Positions 59,740-64,000 of a stretch of 64,000 bases of DNA are shown here, in pieces (position 1 is the stretch's first letter; each line of letters opens with the position of its first letter). The DNA is from Candidatus Hadarchaeota archaeon (GTDB lineage: Archaea > Hadarchaeota > Hadarchaeia > Hadarchaeales > JAWBSP01), in NCBI GenBank assembly GCA_964474885.1, contig CAYYWO010000002.1, forward strand, positions 60,299 through 124,298. Direction: 5' to 3'. Under the pieces are notes generated by a model. The model was not told the DNA's origin. It worked only from the letters and a program-made list of their open reading frames with translations, and made no database searches. A program made the translations under genes and the position numbers.

Positions 59740-60453
59740 CTACTTGATTTTCCCCAAGTGTGAGGAAATCTCGTCTGAAGTGAGCATGCGGAACTTCTTG
59801 GTAGCCGAGGGGACGACGGCCACCTCCAAAACCTCGGGAGATATCCCCTCTTCCATCACCACTTTCAAAACCCTCAGCGCCAGCTGAATCGCCTCATCCA
59901 GCTTCATGTCCTCCTTGTACAACCTCTCCAGCATCTCGATGGCGCTCTCGCTACCCGCGCCGATCGCGTGGGCCTTGTAGCTGGCTACGGCCCCGCTGGG
60001 ATCCGTTTCATAGAGCTGGGGGGATACGTCCACGCCGCCTATCAGGAGCCTGACTCCGAAGGGGCGGACTCCTCCGTGCTGGGTGTAGAGCTGTTTTATG
60101 TCCCCGATGTACCTGGCCAAGCTGGCTATAGATATGGGCTCGTCGTACCTCAGCCTGTTCAGCTGGGCCTCTATCCGGGCCGACTCCACCAGCACCCTCG
60201 CATCTGCAATCAGGCCGGAGGCTGCCGCCCCCACATGCTGATCTATCTCGAAGATCTTCTCAACAGAGGTTTCCTCCAAGAGCTTTCCTTTCTTCTTCTC
60301 GGCCGCCAAAACCACCCCCTCACTCACCTTGATCCCGACCGCAGTCAGGCCTTTCTTCACCGCCTCCTGAGCGTACTGGACTTGGTAAAGTTTCCCATCG
60401 GGGCTGAAGATTGTGATCGCCCTATCGTAACCTGCGGGTGGGGGAAACATCAA
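59740..60453 (-). CDS. psmA: Proteasome alpha subunit
   Basis: YDRAITIFSPDGKLYQVQYA, RPFGV, TDPSG. Confidence 0.97.
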   Translation of the reverse strand: MMFPPPAGYDRAITIFSPDGKLYQVQYAQEAVKKGLTAVGIKVSEGVVLAAEKKKGKLLEETSVEKIFEIDQHVGAAASGLIADARVLVESARIEAQLNRLRYDEPISIASLARYIGDIKQLYTQHGGVRPFGVRLLIGGVDVSPQLYETDPSGAVASYKAHAIGAGSESAIEMLERLYKEDMKLDEAIQLALRVLKVVMEEGISPEVLEVAVVPSATKKFRMLTSDEISSHLGKIK

Positions 60454-60471
60454 TCATTGCTCTTGGGGGTT

Positions 60472-60783
60472 TTAACTTACACGATCCCCCGGGGTGGTGT
60501 CCGTTACTATGGTAACAGACGGCTGAACCCTGTCAAAAAACTTCCTCCTGGCCTTCTTGATCGTCCCGGAGACTCCCACCACCGTCGCGCCAGCTTGAGC
60601 CAGTACGTGCTTGGCCTGTTCCAAGTCCAGGTGAGCAACCCTTATCAATCCGGCCTCACCCCGTGTCAAAATCACCCTAACGAACTCCGGATGAGCTAAC
60701 CTTGCCCTGAGGATGCCAGCGAGCTCGGATACATCGGACGAGACGCAGACTATGTACCTCCTCCTTAGCTTCCTCCCCGCCAT
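60472..60783 (-). CDS. rnp2: RNase P protein Pop5/Rpp14
   Basis: RRRYI, GVSGTIKKARRKF; directly upstream of psmA. Confidence 0.8.
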   Translation of the reverse strand: MAGRKLRRRYIVCVSSDVSELAGILRARLAHPEFVRVILTRGEAGLIRVAHLDLEQAKHVLAQAGATVVGVSGTIKKARRKFFDRVQPSVTIVTDTTPGDRVS

Positions 60784-61205
60784 CAGGATCCCCTAAGTCT
60801 CTCGACGAACTCCCGAGCCTTTTGCTCGTCGGGAAAAACCAGCTTAACGTGTATGACATCCGAGCCCTCGCTCACCTTTAACCTCCCCTGGCAGGCCTCC
60901 TGCTTGTCGAACCTCACGTAGAGGACGTTCCCCTCCCTCTTCTTCCCGAGCTCCAGGTCCTCCTCCGGCAGGCTCCGGAGCCTCTCGCAGAGCTGCCTCA
61001 CCCTCTCATCCCTGAGCCTCAGCTCTATCAGCTGGATGGGATTGCCAAAATGTCCCTTGAGCCTGCTCGACCTGTAGCCCCTGGGATCCACCAGGGAGGA
61101 GAGAGCCCTGAGGACCTTCTCCTCGGATTCCGTTGCGTGAACGAACGTCCTCAGTGCTACCTCCTTGGGAAAAATCTCATCAGCCGTCCTAAAATCCCGT
61201 GCCAA
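60783..61205 (-). CDS. Exosome-superoperon RNA-binding protein (COG1325-like)
   Basis: HATE.EEKV, GHFGNPI, YVRFDKQ; TTG at 61205 lies 6 nt after SD GGAGGTG. Confidence 0.8.
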   Translation of the reverse strand: MARDFRTADEIFPKEVALRTFVHATESEEKVLRALSSLVDPRGYRSSRLKGHFGNPIQLIELRLRDERVRQLCERLRSLPEEDLELGKKREGNVLYVRFDKQEACQGRLKVSEGSDVIHVKLVFPDEQKAREFVERLRGS

Positions 61206-62590
61206 ACTGTACACCTCCTTGACAGGGGATTCTTTGCGCCTCCGCCGGCGGTTTCAACGCGGCTACGAGCCGCTCTGCCACCGGCTGCATCTGGCGCCAT
61301 TCGGGGGGGGACGTGGCTCCCCACATTCTTAGTCCACCAGCGAGCGGCTATGTTGTAGGCACCTACTAGGTGCCTATCGCCAACGAAGCCGCACCGCCTG
61401 CACGAGAACACGTGCCCATTCGGTCTTCTACGCGAACCACATGTCGGGTACGTGCTCGATGTCCCTTTCACTTCGGCTCTGGGCAGGTAGTGCGTCCGGT
61501 ACCCGTGCTGGAGAGCCTTGTGCTCGATAAAGAATTGAAGCCTACGGAACGGCCACTGGTTCAGCCTGCGGCGCATATCCTTGTGCATGCCCTTGCCGTT
61601 CCCCGACTTGCACTTGGAACGCATCGACTCTCTAATGCCAGTCAGATCCTCGAATACCGGCTCTACCCGTTCCCGCTCGATGATCTCAACAACCTGCTTG
61701 CTGACGACGTGTAGCACTTGGTTCGTTCGGTTGCGCCTGCGCCGCTCGTACTTGCGTTTCAGCTTCTGCTTCTGCACGGGGCGATGGGGCGGCACATCCA
61801 ACTTCCGCCGGATCGACTTCTGCTTCAGCTCCATGGAGTGCGCGATGGTCGCGAGCTTGGACGTGTCGAGCTTGATGTGCTTGGGCCTCTGCCCCAGCTT
61901 CAGGATGCAGAGGTCCACGGAGCGCTCATTCACATCTATGCCGCAGATGCCCTCCGCTGACTTGAGTTCGACCTCGCGCTTGAACGGCACGAAGACGCTT
62001 GTCCGATTTCCAAAAAGCGAGATTGTGACCTCGCCGACGCGCTTTCCATCGCGCCATTCCTCCAAGCAGCGGAGCCTGTGGTACTCCGTCACGACAAGGG
62101 GGAGCCAGAGGTGCTCACCCTTCCGCACCCGAATCTGGACCGCGTGGCCGTGAAAGCGACATGCACCTGATGCGTTTCCGTCGCTCCACAGCTCAAGGCG
62201 CATCGTTCGCGCCTCATAGACAGGCGGCTTGTTTGGGTCGGCCCGCCCCTGACGGCACAGTCTGCGCCAGGAGCACAGGATCTGGGTCGCAACCTGCCCG
62301 GCCGAGTGGAACCAGTGCATCGCGAGGTCGAACTTCGACTTCCACTCCTCATACGCGACGCGATGCAGTGAGGCGCAGGAAGTCACCCTGTGGTCGAGGC
62401 ACTTTTGAATGCAGAAGTTCACAGACGCAACGAACTGGTCTAGCAATCCTTCCAGCATCTGTTTCCGCCGTGTCAGGGGCGGGGTGACAAATCGTGCCGA
62501 ACTAATGAATCGCACGTTAACACTCCACTCTGGCTCTGTTGACCTCCCAATTTGTTTCATCGGTATCGCCTGCCGGAACGCATCAAACAT
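61157..62590 (-). CDS. tnpB: TnpB (IS200/IS605 family) with altered RuvC-III and Zn finger; likely start GTG 62515
   Basis: GIDVN (RuvC-I), FEDLTGIR (RuvC-II), WPFRRL, SSTYPTCG..CRRCG, DRH..AYNIA. Confidence 0.9.
   Translation of the reverse strand: MFDAFRQAIPMKQIGRSTEPEWSVNVRFISSARFVTPPLTRRKQMLEGLLDQFVASVNFCIQKCLDHRVTSCASLHRVAYEEWKSKFDLAMHWFHSAGQVATQILCSWRRLCRQGRADPNKPPVYEARTMRLELWSDGNASGACRFHGHAVQIRVRKGEHLWLPLVVTEYHRLRCLEEWRDGKRVGEVTISLFGNRTSVFVPFKREVELKSAEGICGIDVNERSVDLCILKLGQRPKHIKLDTSKLATIAHSMELKQKSIRRKLDVPPHRPVQKQKLKRKYERRRRNRTNQVLHVVSKQVVEIIERERVEPVFEDLTGIRESMRSKCKSGNGKGMHKDMRRRLNQWPFRRLQFFIEHKALQHGYRTHYLPRAEVKGTSSTYPTCGSRRRPNGHVFSCRRCGFVGDRHLVGAYNIAARWWTKNVGSHVPPRMAPDAAGGRAARSRVETAGGGAKNPLSRRCTVWHGILGRLMRFFPRR
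61199..61335 (-). ncRNA. Predicted TnpB omegaRNA (scaffold overlaps the tnpB 3' end; guide from the flank)
   Basis: ATGTGGGGAGCCACGTCCCCCCCCGAA hairpin resembling archaeal tnpB 3' ends; extent inferred. Confidence 0.45.
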
Positions 62591-62690
62591 TTTTTTTGGG
62601 ACCTCCGTCTGTTTTGTCCTCGGTTCCCTAAATTACAGCTTTCTTGCCTAAATTGGAGAGAGAGTTGGCTAGAAGTAAATTCGGCCCTAA
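61219..62690 (-). mobile_element. tnpA-less IS200/IS605 (IS1341-like) insertion between rpl15e and the COG1325 gene; left end not resolved
   Basis: Lone tnpB; candidate right end ..CCCCTG-TCAA (61222-61219) after the GC hairpin CGCC-ggcgga-GGCG. Confidence 0.6.
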
Positions 62691-62692
62691 AG

Positions 62693-63175
62693 CTACATCA
62701 GCCCCCTTCCCCTTCTGCCAGCCGCCGTTAGGCCCCTGAACGCCCTCCCCCTCCTGCTGGCGACCCTCGAAAGCTCCGGATCGGACTTGACCGCAGGGTG
62801 GTGTGGGTCCACCATTATCACCTCGAAGTATTTGTGCTGCCCGTCCTCCGCCACCAAGTAGGAGTTCACGACCTCCAGATTTCTGAACTTGCGTGCCGCC
62901 CTCTCCTCTGCCATCCACTGGATGCTCTTGGCTGGGGTGAACTTCCTAACGCCCATCCTCTTCGGCCTGCGCCCCCGGGAGGGCCTAGGCTTCCTGCGCC
63001 CCCCCTTCCTGATCCTCACCCTGACGACCACGACCCCCTGCTTCGCCTTGTAACCTATTTGCCTGGCCCTCCACGGATTCGTGGGTTTTGGTACCCTCAC
63101 TATCGCCGGGCCTTTCCTCCACTCGATTAGCTTCTTCGAGAGATCCATCTCCGAGGTCCGTAGCCTGAGCACCAC
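62693..63175 (-). CDS. rpl15e: 50S ribosomal protein L15e, short form
   Basis: [42 protein letters not shown]. Confidence 0.95.
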   Translation of the reverse strand: MVLRLRTSEMDLSKKLIEWRKGPAIVRVPKPTNPWRARQIGYKAKQGVVVVRVRIRKGGRRKPRPSRGRRPKRMGVRKFTPAKSIQWMAEERAARKFRNLEVVNSYLVAEDGQHKYFEVIMVDPHHPAVKSDPELSRVASRRGRAFRGLTAAGRRGRGLM

Positions 63176-64000
63176 TATTGACCTAGCTCCTTCCTTATTT
63201 TATCGGCTATTATCAGGGCCGCCTTGAGCTGCGCCTCCTCCGTCGAGGCCCCCAGATGGGGTGTGAGTAGAACGTTGGGCAACTGGGTAAGGGGGTGCCC
63301 GCCTAGGGGCTCCTCCCAGTATACGTCCAGGCAGGCCCCGGCTATCCAGCCCTCCCTCAGCGCCCTAAGCAGGGCCTCCTCCTGCACGACCGGGCCCCTG
63401 GCGGTGTTCACCAAGACGGCCGTTGGCTTCATCAGACGGAGCTCCCTTTCCCCGATCATCCCCTTGGTGCTCGGGTTGAGGGGGACGTGCAGAGAGACGA
63501 AATCCGACTGCTTCAGGAGCTCATCCAGCTCGACGTACTTTCCTCCCAAGTCCAGGAATTCCTGCCTCTTCACCGGGTCGCAACCCAGCAACATCATTTC
63601 GAAAGCCCTGGCTCGCTTGGCTACCTCCAGACCTATCCCGCCCACCCCTACCAAACCCAACGCCTTTCCCTTGAGCTCCCTGCCCATCAGGGCCGATTTC
63701 TCCCACCTGCCCTCTTTCATGCCCCTGTCCGCCCTAGATATGTGCCTGCACCATGAGAGCATGAGGCCCATCGTGAGCTCGGCTACCGCCACCCTAACGG
63801 ACTCCGGTGCGTTCAGCACCTTTACCCCCCTTTCCTGGGCGGCCTGGACGTCTATGTTATCCAAGCCTGCACCAGCCCGGGCTATGATGCGCAACTTCCG
63901 GCCGGCCTCTATGACCTCTTTTGTCACTTTTGTCGCACTCCTGACCACGAGCACCTCCGCATCCGCCACCTCCTTCAACAACTCTGCCCCCTTCAGGCCA
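63175..64000 (-). CDS. D-2-hydroxyacid / phosphoglycerate dehydrogenase (5' end outside the window)
   Basis: [36 protein letters not shown]. Confidence 0.9.
   Translation of the reverse strand, partial: GLKGAELLKEVADAEVLVVRSATKVTKEVIEAGRKLRIIARAGAGLDNIDVQAAQERGVKVLNAPESVRVAVAELTMGLMLSWCRHISRADRGMKEGRWEKSALMGRELKGKALGLVGVGGIGLEVAKRARAFEMMLLGCDPVKRQEFLDLGGKYVELDELLKQSDFVSLHVPLNPSTKGMIGERELRLMKPTAVLVNTARGPVVQEEALLRALREGWIAGACLDVYWEEPLGGHPLTQLPNVLLTPHLGASTEEAQLKAALIIADKIRKELGQ

Noticed and set aside
60503-60517. GTTAC-tatg-GTAACA upstream of psmA, resembling the nrd operator
   Set aside because: The spacer is 4 nt rather than 6-7, it is a single copy and it lies inside the pop5 ORF.
61178-62703. 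8-bp direct repeat CATCAGCC (61178-61185 and 62696-62703) as a target-site duplication
   Set aside because: IS200/IS605 elements make no TSD, and excision here would leave the COG1325 gene without a start codon. Plausibly chance.
1-64000. CRISPR arrays, rRNA genes, inteins
   Set aside because: I saw no regularly spaced repeats, rRNA signatures or intein-sized insertions; nrdD is of normal length.

Overview
Archaeal chromosomal window, GC-rich and very compact. Evidence for archaea: histone, exosome/proteasome superoperon, aIF5A, RpoP, archaeal ADH-synthase/DHQ-synthase II shikimate route. The gene mix suggests a thermophilic euryarchaeal-type lineage such as Hadarchaeota, but that is an unverified inference. 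Layout: (1) 1-2352: AAA ATPase, two micro-ORFs and tRNA-Glu(UUC). (2) ~2400-16200: a visibly AT-richer surface-glycan island (broken toxin-antitoxin pair, flippase, GT2, three GT4s, gmd/per/cupin, methyltransferase, NTP-transferase, short UDP-Glc dehydrogenase) with several decayed genes. (3) KaiC-like pair, proline cluster, then coaD, dCMP deaminase, thyX, a wHTH-YwgA/Panacea fusion and class III RNR nrdG-nrdD. (4) nadE, aro/phe/tyr/trp genes, an RDD-glycoside hydrolase fusion, udg, panB. (5) Histone, translation and transport genes. (6) Exosome superoperon interrupted by a lone tnpB. Best candidate for an undescribed system: the wHTH-YwgA/Panacea fusion (25238-25948), divergent from nrdGD, with three TGTTAC-N6/7-GTAACA palindromes in the shared spacer, i.e. 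a possible archaeal dNTP-synthesis repressor analogous to NrdR. Other highlights: a double zinc-ribbon RpoP, a short-alpha2 histone with a Lys-rich tail, the RDD-GH fusion and a catalytically altered TnpB. All calls come from motif reading only; no searches were run.
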